Source: Candidatus Subterrananammoxibius californiae (GTDB lineage: Bacteria > Planctomycetota > Brocadiia > Brocadiales > Subterrananammoxibiaceae). Taken from it: a stretch of DNA of 15,730 nucleotides. The stretch is taken from contig JAURAC010000044.1 in NCBI GenBank assembly GCA_030586555.1, positions 1-15,730 on the forward strand, read 5' to 3'. The notes under the pieces were generated by a model. It saw nothing but the letters and a program-made list of their open reading frames with translations. It ran no database searches and was not told where the DNA came from. Each line of letters starts with the position of its first letter. The first letter of the stretch is position 1. Made by a program: the position numbers and the translations under genes. Positions 1-8,190 of the stretch are shown here, piece after piece.

Positions 1-1130
1 TAGGTCAGGTCATTCACTGCATCATTACCTTCCTTATCAATACCACCGATGGTGATTGCCTGGTTAGAACCCGTTCCGCCGAAAAGCTGTTCTCCAGCAT
101 CGGTTATCATGGGGACGTGGTCGCCAATCTTTAGCCAGAGACAGGAAATCAGTTCAATAGCTTCTTCGACAGTCATTGTGCCTGCATCTATATCCTTACG
201 ATACAAGTCATAGAGAACCTGGTCGAGTCTGCCGAGGCTTAATCCTATATTAGGGTTTTCAAGGTGTATGGCTGTCCAGCATATCCAGACGGTAGTCAAT
301 CCCTCTCTAAAGGTAGTGGCGGCATGTTCAGGCACTTTCTCGTTAATTTCAGCAATCTTAGTCAGCTCTTGTTTACGAGTTGGGTCAGTTTCGCTATTAG
401 CCATCTCTCTTGCTTTTTTTGCAAGGTTTTTTGAATAAGTGATGATGCCTTCAAGAACCTCTGTTATGGCGGTGTAGAAATCTTTCTTTGAATTGTCTGT
501 GGTTTTGTTATTCCTATTGTTTGCGTCAATTATGATGGCGCGTAATCCTTCTTTTATGGCTCTTGAAAAATCTGGTATTGTGTGAGAGATGCAATTGGGC
601 TTGCTTGCCATAAAGAACACAAGGCGTTCAAGAAGCTTAAACCCGCTCTTTGTGTATTCATCGGGGTACCTTTTTCTGGCAAGCTCCATAATATTGTTTT
701 CAATCCAGTGGGGGAAAATATCGTAATTGAGCTTTTCCACCTCTTCATCGCTAATATAAAAGGGATTACTTTTACGTTTTGTGATAGTCCAGAGTTCGGG
801 CCAGAGCATAAGGGCGAGAAGCTCAGGATAAAGAGGCACCCCCTTAAACTTGCTTGTGGTAGAGCCAGCAAAGAGAGACCCATCTTCAAATTCAAATGGG
901 ACCATACCCTTCTTATGCCCTTTATTATGCCACACTATTGGAGTGCGCTTCTCCAGGATGTGACGGTACATTTCTGCTTTATCGAGGATGGAAATCTTTT
1001 CCTTTTTAAATAGACCTTTGTCCAAGTAGTACTCGGTTACTAAGCGAGGACGTTCAACGCATATCTCAGGCAATGCGGCGAAGTAATGCTCTCTTAGCTT
1101 CTGTACTCGTGGTGTGAGCGTGTTTGCCAT
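1..1130 (-). CDS. Glycyl radical enzyme (PFL2/PFL-like family), N-terminal 376 aa; runs off the left edge
   Basis: Not in the ORF track because it has no stop in the window. Manual translation from ATG 1130 (SD-like GAAAGGGGG upstream) is open to position 3: MANTLTPRVQKLREHYFAALPEICVERPRLVTEYY...ISHTIPDF...FYTA...VPEHAATTFREGL...LSLGRLDQVLYDLYRKD...EAIELISCLWLK...NQAITIGGIDKEGNDAVNDLT. ICVER, S-x-GR-x-DQ-x-L and ITIGG...DAVNDLT are typical GRE motifs. Confidence 0.93.
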   Translation of the reverse strand, partial: MANTLTPRVQKLREHYFAALPEICVERPRLVTEYYLDKGLFKKEKISILDKAEMYRHILEKRTPIVWHNKGHKKGMVPFEFEDGSLFAGSTTSKFKGVPLYPELLALMLWPELWTITKRKSNPFYISDEEVEKLNYDIFPHWIENNIMELARKRYPDEYTKSGFKLLERLVFFMASKPNCISHTIPDFSRAIKEGLRAIIIDANNRNNKTTDNSKKDFYTAITEVLEGIITYSKNLAKKAREMANSETDPTRKQELTKIAEINEKVPEHAATTFREGLTTVWICWTAIHLENPNIGLSLGRLDQVLYDLYRKDIDAGTMTVEEAIELISCLWLKIGDHVPMITDAGEQLFGGTGSNQAITIGGIDKEGNDAVNDLT

Positions 1131-1272
1131 AGCGCACCCCCTTTCAGAAAAAAATTTTATATTAGAGAAAAAAGTTACTTAACTTTTAACTAATAATGTG
1201 TATCTTTATTCCTTAAAATACTTGGGCAGCTTTTCTAAATTCCATGCCTCAAAGGTTCCTGCAAGCCCCATC

Positions 1273-3432
1273 CTATCCGGGCAGTTGAATCAATAATTTA
1301 TTCCTTAAACCCTCTGGAAGCTTACCAAAATTCTCTGCCACAGCCATTGCAACATTTTCAGCAAACTTATCCTCTCCAGCGAGTTTGGTCAGCAAATTCC
1401 TAACATCCTCAGGAATTTTATCCAGATTCCTTGCTGTAGCCATGGCAACAGCCCCAGCATCACCGTTCTTTATGGCGAGTTTGGTCAGCAAATTCCTTAC
1501 ATCCTCAGGAAGCTTGTAGAAATTCCCTACCACAGCCTGAGCGATAGTCCAGGCAGATACGTCCTTTTCAGAAGGTTTGAACGACAATTTATTCCTTACA
1601 TCATCAGGGAGCCTATTGAAATTCTTTGTTATAGCCCATGTAATAGCCCCAACAGCCGCATCATTTTCCGAGAGTTTGAACAATAAATTATATCCTACGT
1701 CCCTTGAGAACATATCTAAATTATTTACTATAGCCAATGCGAGGCCACCTGCCGCCTCTTTCTTTTCGGCGAGTTTGAACAGCAAACCCCTTGCATTCTC
1801 AGGAAGTTTATTGAAATTTCCCACCAAAGCCCATGCAACATACCAGCCCGCCTGTGCGTTTTCAGAGAGTTTGAGCAATAATTTACCCATTACGTCCTCA
1901 GGAAGCTTATCAAAATTCCTTGCTACAGCCCATGCAACAGCCATACCAGCCTCATCCTTTTCGGCGAGTTCAAATAGCAAATTCCTCACATCCTCAGGAA
2001 GTTTAACGAAATTTTCTACTACACTCCACGAAACATACCCCACAACTGCCGTATGGTGTGAAAGTTCTTTTAGCACCTCACAAAATATATTTTTGCATCC
2101 TGCATGACCAAGGATATATGCAAGCGCATTAAAATATAATGGGTGGGAAAATTCTAACGTCCTGTTTTCAGCTAACAATAATTTCCCAATTTTGACTCTA
2201 TGCTCTTCTTTCAAAATCTTTTCAAAGTCTTCAAAGTTTTCCTTTTTTAATTTCTCATATAATTGCTTGACAAAATCAACTTCAAAGTATTGGGAAACAA
2301 AGATGAATGACAGGAACAATGCCTTATCTTTTCTTCCCGATTCATACAATCCGATAATTTCATCTGCAAAAGCCTTTTCAACTGCTTTAGAATATGTTTT
2401 TACTTTTTGCTCTAATTCTCTTCCCTCTTTTATTTTTTCTGTTGCTATTGCAAAATCGTGAATGCTAAGAGGGGTTGGCAAACGTTCTCTATCATCGAGT
2501 GATTGAAAAACTACATCTTTCAGTTTTTCATCTCTCAACCATGTGCATTCTTTTTCTTCTGCCCATTTTTCAAGAATTTTCTTCTTTTTCTCATAACTGT
2601 AAGAAGGGTTTATAATGTTTAATTCTTTTTCAAATTTCTTTATTTCTTCGATAGAATAACTTTCCTTTTCAAATTCTTCAAAAACATCTTTCCTTGAAGT
2701 GAGTATAACATAGACGTCCTCTTTACTTTTGACAGAGTCGATGATAAAATTTATTCTTCCTTTCAAATCATCACTTCTTTCATATTTTGTTTTTCCAAAG
2801 GGGTCTTCAAAATAAATTATATGGCGAGGTTTTAATAATACATCAATATTTGCCAACAAATCTCTCCCCTCTTCCCTTTGTCTCGGCTCTTTGCCTGAAA
2901 CCCATCTTGGAATATAGCCTTCATTGTATCGTTCCCACAGTAATCTTAAAGCTGTATACGTCTTTCCATATCCGGCAGTACCAGTTATGATTACAAATTT
3001 ATTATTTTTCAACTCTCTTTCTATTTCGTTAAATTCATCCGGGGGAACAAATATTTTATCTATCAAAGCACCAGAATAATCGCTCCTCGATTGGTGGATT
3101 TCTTCGAGAAAGTCTGAAATCTTTAACTCTCTTTTAATGAAGGTTACTGGGGAGGAATAGAACTCTTTCGCTTTTTTAAGATTAACACGATAGTAAGAAT
3201 AAAGTTGGGATGGTGTTATCTTCAGGAAAAGAAAATGAAAGAATAGTATGGTTAAGGCAACTGGCAAGTAAAAACTCTTAACATATCCCCAAAATGAAAG
3301 CACAGATTCAACAAAACTATGGCGTTCTCCAAAGACTCCGTAAAACACAACATGGACCGCTACATGTATAAAAAAAACAGTAAAGAAGAAATGTTCAAGC
3401 TTTTTAAATAACTTACTAATATTTTTATTCAC
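1273..3432 (-). CDS. Membrane-anchored P-loop NTPase (STAND/nSTAND3-like) with C-terminal ARM/HEAT-like repeats
   Basis: 719-aa ORF with GTG start and GAGG upstream. It has two hydrophobic N-terminal segments, Walker A GTAGYGKT, Walker B-like IIYFEDPFG, sensor-like VILTSR, and 8 repeats of 32-33 aa (NFxKLPEDVRNLLxKLAE...). Confidence 0.75.
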   Translation of the reverse strand: MNKNISKLFKKLEHFFFTVFFIHVAVHVVFYGVFGERHSFVESVLSFWGYVKSFYLPVALTILFFHFLFLKITPSQLYSYYRVNLKKAKEFYSSPVTFIKRELKISDFLEEIHQSRSDYSGALIDKIFVPPDEFNEIERELKNNKFVIITGTAGYGKTYTALRLLWERYNEGYIPRWVSGKEPRQREEGRDLLANIDVLLKPRHIIYFEDPFGKTKYERSDDLKGRINFIIDSVKSKEDVYVILTSRKDVFEEFEKESYSIEEIKKFEKELNIINPSYSYEKKKKILEKWAEEKECTWLRDEKLKDVVFQSLDDRERLPTPLSIHDFAIATEKIKEGRELEQKVKTYSKAVEKAFADEIIGLYESGRKDKALFLSFIFVSQYFEVDFVKQLYEKLKKENFEDFEKILKEEHRVKIGKLLLAENRTLEFSHPLYFNALAYILGHAGCKNIFCEVLKELSHHTAVVGYVSWSVVENFVKLPEDVRNLLFELAEKDEAGMAVAWAVARNFDKLPEDVMGKLLLKLSENAQAGWYVAWALVGNFNKLPENARGLLFKLAEKKEAAGGLALAIVNNLDMFSRDVGYNLLFKLSENDAAVGAITWAITKNFNRLPDDVRNKLSFKPSEKDVSAWTIAQAVVGNFYKLPEDVRNLLTKLAIKNGDAGAVAMATARNLDKIPEDVRNLLTKLAGEDKFAENVAMAVAENFGKLPEGLRNKLLIQLPG
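1280..2040 (-). repeat. Intragenic tandem repeat, 8 units of 96-99 nt (32-33 aa)
   Basis: Unit cores are NFVKLPEDV, NFDKLPEDV, NFNKLPENA, NLDMFSRDV, NFNRLPDDV, NFYKLPEDV, NLDKIPEDV and NFGKLPEGL. The DNA recurs as catcctcaggaa and gcgagtttg. Confidence 0.9.
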
Positions 3433-3446
3433 ATTGTCGCCTCATT

Positions 3447-3662
3447 AGGCTGAAGGCTGAGGAAAGGAGAGGCTGAAGATAAGTCCTAAATCCGAAATCC
3501 TAAACCCGAAACAAATCCAAATATCTAAATTCCAATGTTCCAATCCGCCTGAGGCAGACTGTTTATAATTTAAGAAATTAGGATTTAGAATTTATTTAGA
3601 ATTTCGATATTCGGATTTAGAGTTTTTTTTCTTCAGCCCTCAGCTTTAAGCCTTTCTTCAGT
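3447..3662. repeat. Nested palindromic element built from heptamer repeats
   Basis: Outer arms aggctgaaggctgagg (3447-3462) / cctcagctttaagcct (3638-3653); ggctgaaga / tcttcagcc; inner arms ctaaatccgaa (3486-3496) / ttcggatttag (3610-3620); central tccgcc-tga-ggcaga (3544-3558). Confidence 0.85.
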
Positions 3663-3664
3663 CA

Positions 3665-4972
3665 TCAGAATTTATAATTAAAATTTACGGCTACCATGTG
3701 AGTAACGGTGTCGTAGTTTCCATCTATCGGTCCTCCCACATCATCGCCTATGGAGTTATTTACGTTCCTATCTTCACCAACTATTACTCCATAGGCAAAG
3801 TCTATCCCTTTGTTCATCTTTTTCCCCCAACCGTATCCAAATCCAGTAAAGACCCCGTGCTGGCTACCTTCAGGAACGGCTGGCTCAAAGGTTTCTCCCG
3901 GAACCGGCGTCTCGTAGAAAAAGTAACCTCCTCTTACTTTAAAAGCCTCATTCAACTTATATTCCCCGCCGATAGCGATGCTTATGGTATTATTCCATTT
4001 TCTAACATTCTCCTTGTTTGCCTCCAGCAGAGGGTTTGTTGGTTCAAAACTGCTTTTAATAACGCCAATACGCGACCAGTTAGTCCACTGCACGTCCATC
4101 TCTATACTCCAGAGGTCACCGTGTCTGTATGCATAACCGACCGATAGCATCTCTGGAAGCGTGAGGGTAAATTCAGTCTGTGTGGTGAACCTATCGGAAC
4201 CAAATAAAAATGCAGTAGCGCCGCTTAAATTGGATATCCTTAATTTTCCTTCAAAATTTACATCTGCCTTGCTTCTGAACAAAATGCCGACACTGTGGCG
4301 CGGCGTAATATTAATTAACATTCCAGCGTTATACCCAAAGGCATCGCCGTGCACACTGGAATCCTGAACTCCTTCCGGTGTGCTTGGGTCCGGAGGAAAG
4401 CCCGTTAGAGCGGAATTAATTAAACTCACGTTAATATGTTTACCTTGTTCTAAATCAGCGTAGTAGTAATCCATGCCGACACCTACAGAAAGAAAAGATA
4501 ACGGTTTAAACGCAAGGGTTGGAGTTACACTGATAACGCTCAACTCAGATCTTGCAGCGACAAATCTGGCAAAACCGTCATCATCCCAAACGCTTTGAAG
4601 CCCATAAGGAGCCGTTACGCCCAATCCTGCTGCCAATTTATTATCTATGATTGGAGAGGCAAAATAGAAATTCGGAACGGGGCTTATTTTTTCTTTCATA
4701 TCCTCACTAAGACCGTCGTCTTGATATTCTACTAAAGGAAGTAAGAAGGCTGCACCAAGAGAAACTTGTCTTTCTTGAAGCTGAGTAAGTCCTGCGGGGT
4801 TAAAGTGGACTGCGGAGGCATCGTCTGCGCGGGCTACAAAGGCGTTTCCCTGCGCAATCCCTGATGCGCCAGACACAGGGGTAGATATACCCGAAGTCCC
4901 CTGTGCAAAGACCTTCATCTCCATGAAGAGAAATACAAGTAAAAAAATATAGGCAACAGCAAGGCTCTTCAT
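3665..4972 (-). CDS. OmpP1/FadL/TodX family outer-membrane transporter
   Basis: 435 aa with a signal peptide (VFA|QG), the FadL hatch motif ADDASAVHFNPAGL, GVTAPYGL, WTNWS, VRGGY and a C-terminal aromatic beta-signal (NFNYKF). Confidence 0.9.
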   Translation of the reverse strand: MKSLAVAYIFLLVFLFMEMKVFAQGTSGISTPVSGASGIAQGNAFVARADDASAVHFNPAGLTQLQERQVSLGAAFLLPLVEYQDDGLSEDMKEKISPVPNFYFASPIIDNKLAAGLGVTAPYGLQSVWDDDGFARFVAARSELSVISVTPTLAFKPLSFLSVGVGMDYYYADLEQGKHINVSLINSALTGFPPDPSTPEGVQDSSVHGDAFGYNAGMLINITPRHSVGILFRSKADVNFEGKLRISNLSGATAFLFGSDRFTTQTEFTLTLPEMLSVGYAYRHGDLWSIEMDVQWTNWSRIGVIKSSFEPTNPLLEANKENVRKWNNTISIAIGGEYKLNEAFKVRGGYFFYETPVPGETFEPAVPEGSQHGVFTGFGYGWGKKMNKGIDFAYGVIVGEDRNVNNSIGDDVGGPIDGNYDTVTHMVAVNFNYKF

Positions 4973-5053
4973 TATAAAGTGTCAATCTATAAATATTTCT
5001 TATCCAAAATGCTTCATTCCAAACCTCACCAAACTAAGCTTCCCCCCACCCTG

Positions 5054-5112
5054 AAAATAAAAAAAAAGCCCTTCTCCGGTCTCGTAAGGTATCGTTACCG
5101 AAAAAGGGCTTT
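5054..5112 (-). terminator. Intrinsic terminator in the 5' leader of the FadL-family gene
   Basis: On the minus strand AAAGCCCUUUUUCGGU...ACCGGAGAAGGGCUUU is followed by a U-tract (9 U, then AUUUU). The G-U pairs form only on the minus strand. Confidence 0.8.
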
Positions 5113-5329
5113 ACTATCAACTTTATGCTGCCACCCATTGTATTACTCTCTTTTAAAAGAAAGCATGGAGAAAAACGGAGCAACTAAGTTGTCACAACAT
5201 AAGATGTATGCCCGGTCCTGTTAAAAGTTTTCTGGTGTCATATCATAGAAGATTCCATGCTATTTTTTAGGATAGCCTTTAGTTTCCTTTCCGATTGTTT
5301 TAAACCGTAGTAAATTTTAAGTAACGTAA

Positions 5330-5358
5330 ATTATACTACAATAATTTTAATTTGTCAA
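5330..5358 (-). promoter_or_regulatory. sigma70-type promoter for the FadL-family gene
   Basis: Minus strand reads TTGACA-17 nt-TATAAT, a perfect consensus. Confidence 0.85.
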
Positions 5359-5485
5359 GGGTTTCGGAGGAAAAAATTTTTTCGGCATTTTATGCGCATC
5401 TGAGGTGTGTCGAAGGATTTGGAGTGCATTAATCCACTTGCGGTGGATTAATACTTACTTTGCAACAAGCTTATTCTTTTTCTAC

Positions 5486-5514
5486 TTGACAATATAAACG
5501 TAAGAGTTTAGAGT
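5486..5514 (+). promoter_or_regulatory. Candidate sigma70 promoter for cimA
   Basis: TTGACA (5486-5491), 17 nt, TAGAGT (5509-5514). The -10 lies inside the heptamer repeat arm. Confidence 0.5.
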
Positions 5515-5595
5515 TAAGAGTTAGGGTTTTTGGTAAGAATGAATAAATTCATTTGCCTCTAAACTCGCAACTCTTAACTCACAACCCTCAACTTA
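5501..5595. repeat. Heptamer-based imperfect palindrome upstream of cimA
   Basis: Left arm taagagtttagagttaagagttaggg; right arm aactcgc-aactctt-aactcac-aaccctc-aactta. Confidence 0.75.
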
Positions 5596-5596
5596 T

Positions 5597-7150
5597 ATGA
5601 ATAAGATAGTGCTTTATGATACAACCCTTCGTGACGGCAGCCAGGGAGAGGGGGTATCTTTTTCTCTTCAGGATAAACTTGGAATAGCTATTAAGCTCGA
5701 CGAACTCGGCATTGACTATATTGAAGGCGGCTATCCCTTTTCTAATCCTAAGGATGCGAGCTTTTTTATGGAAATTAAAAATGTCCGATTAAGGCACGCA
5801 AAGATAGCCTCTTTTGGGAGCACACGCAAGGCAAACACAAAAACATCACAAGACCCAAATATCATATCCCTGATAAAAGCTGAGACCCCTGTAGTAACTA
5901 TTGTGGCTAAAAGTTGGGACTTCCAGGTAAGCAACGTTTTAAGAACCACGCTCGATGAGAACCTGAAAATGGTAGCCGAAACCGTCGAATTCCTCAAATC
6001 GAAAAATAAAGAGGTTATATTAGACGCAGAGCATTTCTTTGACGGCTATAAGAGCAACCCGGAATATGCACTGAAGGTAATCAAGGTGGGGCAAGAGGCA
6101 GGGTCTGACACCATTGTTCTTTGTGATACAAACGGCGGTAGCCTCCCGCCAGAAATAGCAGAAATAGTAAAGAAGGTGAAAAACACCATAAGCATGCCCA
6201 TCGGAATCCACACACATAATGATTGCGACCTTGCAGTGGCAAATACAATTGCTGCTGTAGAACAGGGTGTAAGGCATGTACAGGGTACTACAAATGGTTT
6301 TGGTGAAAGATGCGGGAATGCAGACCTCTGTTCCATTATACCAATTCTTGCCCTTAAGAAAGGTCTTCGCTGTCTTGACGAGAAGGGACTGAAGAAGCTC
6401 ACCGAGGTGTCAAGATACGTTTATGAGGTTGCAAACATACTTCCAAGGTCAAACCAACCCTTTGTCGGGAAAAGCGCCTTTGCCCATAAGGGGGGACTGC
6501 ATGCTGATGCAGTAAGGAAGGCTAAGGCAAGTTACGAACACATATCTCCTGAAAAGATAGGCAATGAAAGAAGGATTCTAATTTCAGAACTCTCAGGAGG
6601 CGCAAGCGTCCTCGCAAAGATAGAAAAATACGACATAACGCATGACCGTAAACTCATGAAACACATCCTGACACAGGTACAAGACCTTGAGAATAAGGGG
6701 TATCAATTTGAGGCTGCTGAAGCATCCTTTGAACTCCTTGTAAAAAAGGCGCTGGGAAGGCATAGAACTTTCTTTGACCTCGAAGGGTTCAGCACAACCG
6801 TTGAAAAGCGAGAAAATGGTGCAATCAATACTATCGCCACGGTAAAGATAAAGGTTGATGGCGTAGAAGAATTAACGGCATCAGAAGGCGATGGACCTGT
6901 TAACGCCCTTGACGGCGCATTGAGGAAGGCGCTCGAAAGGTTCTACCCATCCATTAAGGAAATGCAGTTAGTTGACTACAAGGTGCGTGTAATTGAGCCT
7001 CAAAAGGGGACGGCTGCAAAGGTAAGGGTAATTATACAATCAAGGGACCATAAAGACCTCTGGAGTACCGTTGGGGTCTCAGAAAACATAGTGGAGGCGA
7101 GCTGGCAAGCCCTCGTTGACAGTATCGAATATAAGCTGCTAAAAGACTGA
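5597..7150 (+). CDS. cimA: Citramalate synthase (DRE-TIM metallolyase, LeuA/CimA family)
   Basis: 517 aa with YDTTLRDGSQGEG, AEHFFDGY, LCDTNGG, GIHTHND, GERCGNADL, AFAHKGGLH and C-terminal GDGPVNALD...DYKVR...WSTVGVSENIVEASWQAL, all characteristic of bacterial CimA. Confidence 0.92.
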   Translation: MNKIVLYDTTLRDGSQGEGVSFSLQDKLGIAIKLDELGIDYIEGGYPFSNPKDASFFMEIKNVRLRHAKIASFGSTRKANTKTSQDPNIISLIKAETPVVTIVAKSWDFQVSNVLRTTLDENLKMVAETVEFLKSKNKEVILDAEHFFDGYKSNPEYALKVIKVGQEAGSDTIVLCDTNGGSLPPEIAEIVKKVKNTISMPIGIHTHNDCDLAVANTIAAVEQGVRHVQGTTNGFGERCGNADLCSIIPILALKKGLRCLDEKGLKKLTEVSRYVYEVANILPRSNQPFVGKSAFAHKGGLHADAVRKAKASYEHISPEKIGNERRILISELSGGASVLAKIEKYDITHDRKLMKHILTQVQDLENKGYQFEAAEASFELLVKKALGRHRTFFDLEGFSTTVEKRENGAINTIATVKIKVDGVEELTASEGDGPVNALDGALRKALERFYPSIKEMQLVDYKVRVIEPQKGTAAKVRVIIQSRDHKDLWSTVGVSENIVEASWQALVDSIEYKLLKD

Positions 7151-7154
7151 GGCT

Positions 7155-7246
7155 TCAATATCCAAATCCCAAATCCAAAATCCCAATTAAGGAAATTTAA
7201 TAATTGGTAATTGATTGGTATTTGAGATTTTGGATTTGGTCATTTG
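7155..7246. repeat. Heptamer-based palindrome between cimA and rdgB
   Basis: ccaaatcccaaatccaaaatcccaa ... ttggtatttgagattttggatttgg; shares the core aaaatcccaattaaggaaa with 13002-13100. Confidence 0.8.
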
Positions 7247-7249
7247 AAA

Positions 7250-7930
7250 ATGGATACCCTTAAAATAGTAATTGGCACAAAGAACAAAAAGAAAAAGGAA
7301 GAAATAGAGGAGATACTCGACGACCTTCCAGTTAAGCTATTAACGCTGGATGACCTTCGGCTGAGCTCAGGTCGAAGCCTTCCAGATGCGCCAGATGTCG
7401 TTGAGGATGGAAGAACGTTTTCTGAAAATGCAGTTAAAAAGGCGCTAACACTTGCAAACTTTTTTAAGATGTGGGTAATGGCAGATGACTCTGGTCTGGA
7501 GGTGGAGGCATTGGGCAACCGCCCTGGCGTACTCTCTAACCGCTATGCAGGCGAAGGTGTCCTTAGCCAAAGGCGACGGAACACCGAAGGGACAACAGAC
7601 GAGAAGAATATCAAGAAACTCCTCGAAGAACTTAAAGATGTTCCTGATAATAAGCGTGCCGCAAGATTTCGGTGTGCAATCGCCCTCGCAAAACCAGGAA
7701 AGGTGCTCTTTGTAGTTGAGGGTCAATACGAGGGGGTTATTACTCACAAACCGATGGGTATCCACGGGTTTGGATACGACCCAGTATTTCTTGTACCCGA
7801 ATATGGGCGGACCTTTGCAGAACTGGGCCCATTGGTAAAGAATCAAATAAGCCACAGGGCACAGGCTTTAAGGCTCTTCAGGGATAAGCTTATAGAAACA
7901 ATAGATATTGGTGTAAGATTAAGTTGTTGA
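7250..7930 (+). CDS. rdgB: XTP/dITP diphosphatase (HAM1/RdgB family) with two in-frame insertions
   Basis: Motifs GTKNKKK, EDGRTFSENA, ADDSGLEV, FGYDP and KNQISHR. ATG 7250 is preferred over TTG 7244. Confidence 0.93.
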   Translation: MDTLKIVIGTKNKKKKEEIEEILDDLPVKLLTLDDLRLSSGRSLPDAPDVVEDGRTFSENAVKKALTLANFFKMWVMADDSGLEVEALGNRPGVLSNRYAGEGVLSQRRRNTEGTTDEKNIKKLLEELKDVPDNKRAARFRCAIALAKPGKVLFVVEGQYEGVITHKPMGIHGFGYDPVFLVPEYGRTFAELGPLVKNQISHRAQALRLFRDKLIETIDIGVRLSC

Positions 7931-7996
7931 CAACACAATAAAAAATCCGATAATATTGCATTGACGCATCCATTACTTCTTTGAAAAAAATACGTT

Positions 7997-8025
7997 GTAG
8001 GGGCACGTTGCAACGTGCCCCCTAC
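7997..8025. repeat. GTAG-type REP-like palindrome, copy 1
   Basis: gtaggggcacgttgcaacgtgccccctac, with one extra C relative to copy 2. Confidence 0.85.
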
Positions 8026-8058
8026 CTCATCTTTTTCAAAAAAAGGGGGAAACAACAC

Positions 8059-8190
8059 ATGACGCGTTTTCTTGAGGTCAGCTCGACTACGGAATTTTTT
8101 ATCTCGGTATTACTTGGCATCGCATTAGGCTCACTTGCATGGTGGATTTTTGCCAGGCAATTTTCTAAACGGCAGATGAAAAAGCGGTAG
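8059..8190 (+). CDS. Small single-pass membrane protein (43 aa)
   Basis: SD-like AAGGGGGA then ATG 8059; MTRFLEVSSTTEFFISVLLGIALGSLAWWIFARQFSKRQMKKR has one hydrophobic helix and a basic tail. Confidence 0.6.
   Translation: MTRFLEVSSTTEFFISVLLGIALGSLAWWIFARQFSKRQMKKR

Noticed and set aside
554..1013. ORF-track entries 554..895(-) and 582..1013(+)
   Set aside because: These are off-frame or antisense shadows of the glycyl radical enzyme gene.
1577..4367. Plus-strand ORFs opposite the STAND-like and FadL genes
   Set aside because: They are antisense shadows; the repetitiveness of 1577..2107 only mirrors the real repeat protein.
4979..5224. 81-aa plus-strand ORF
   Set aside because: It has no SD or recognisable motif and overlaps the minus-strand leader and terminator.
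5113..5300. Known riboswitch (cobalamin, TPP, c-di-GMP-I/II, yybP, T-box)
   Set aside because: There are only fragmentary word similarities, and the required core motifs and pairings were not found by eye; an Infernal scan is needed.
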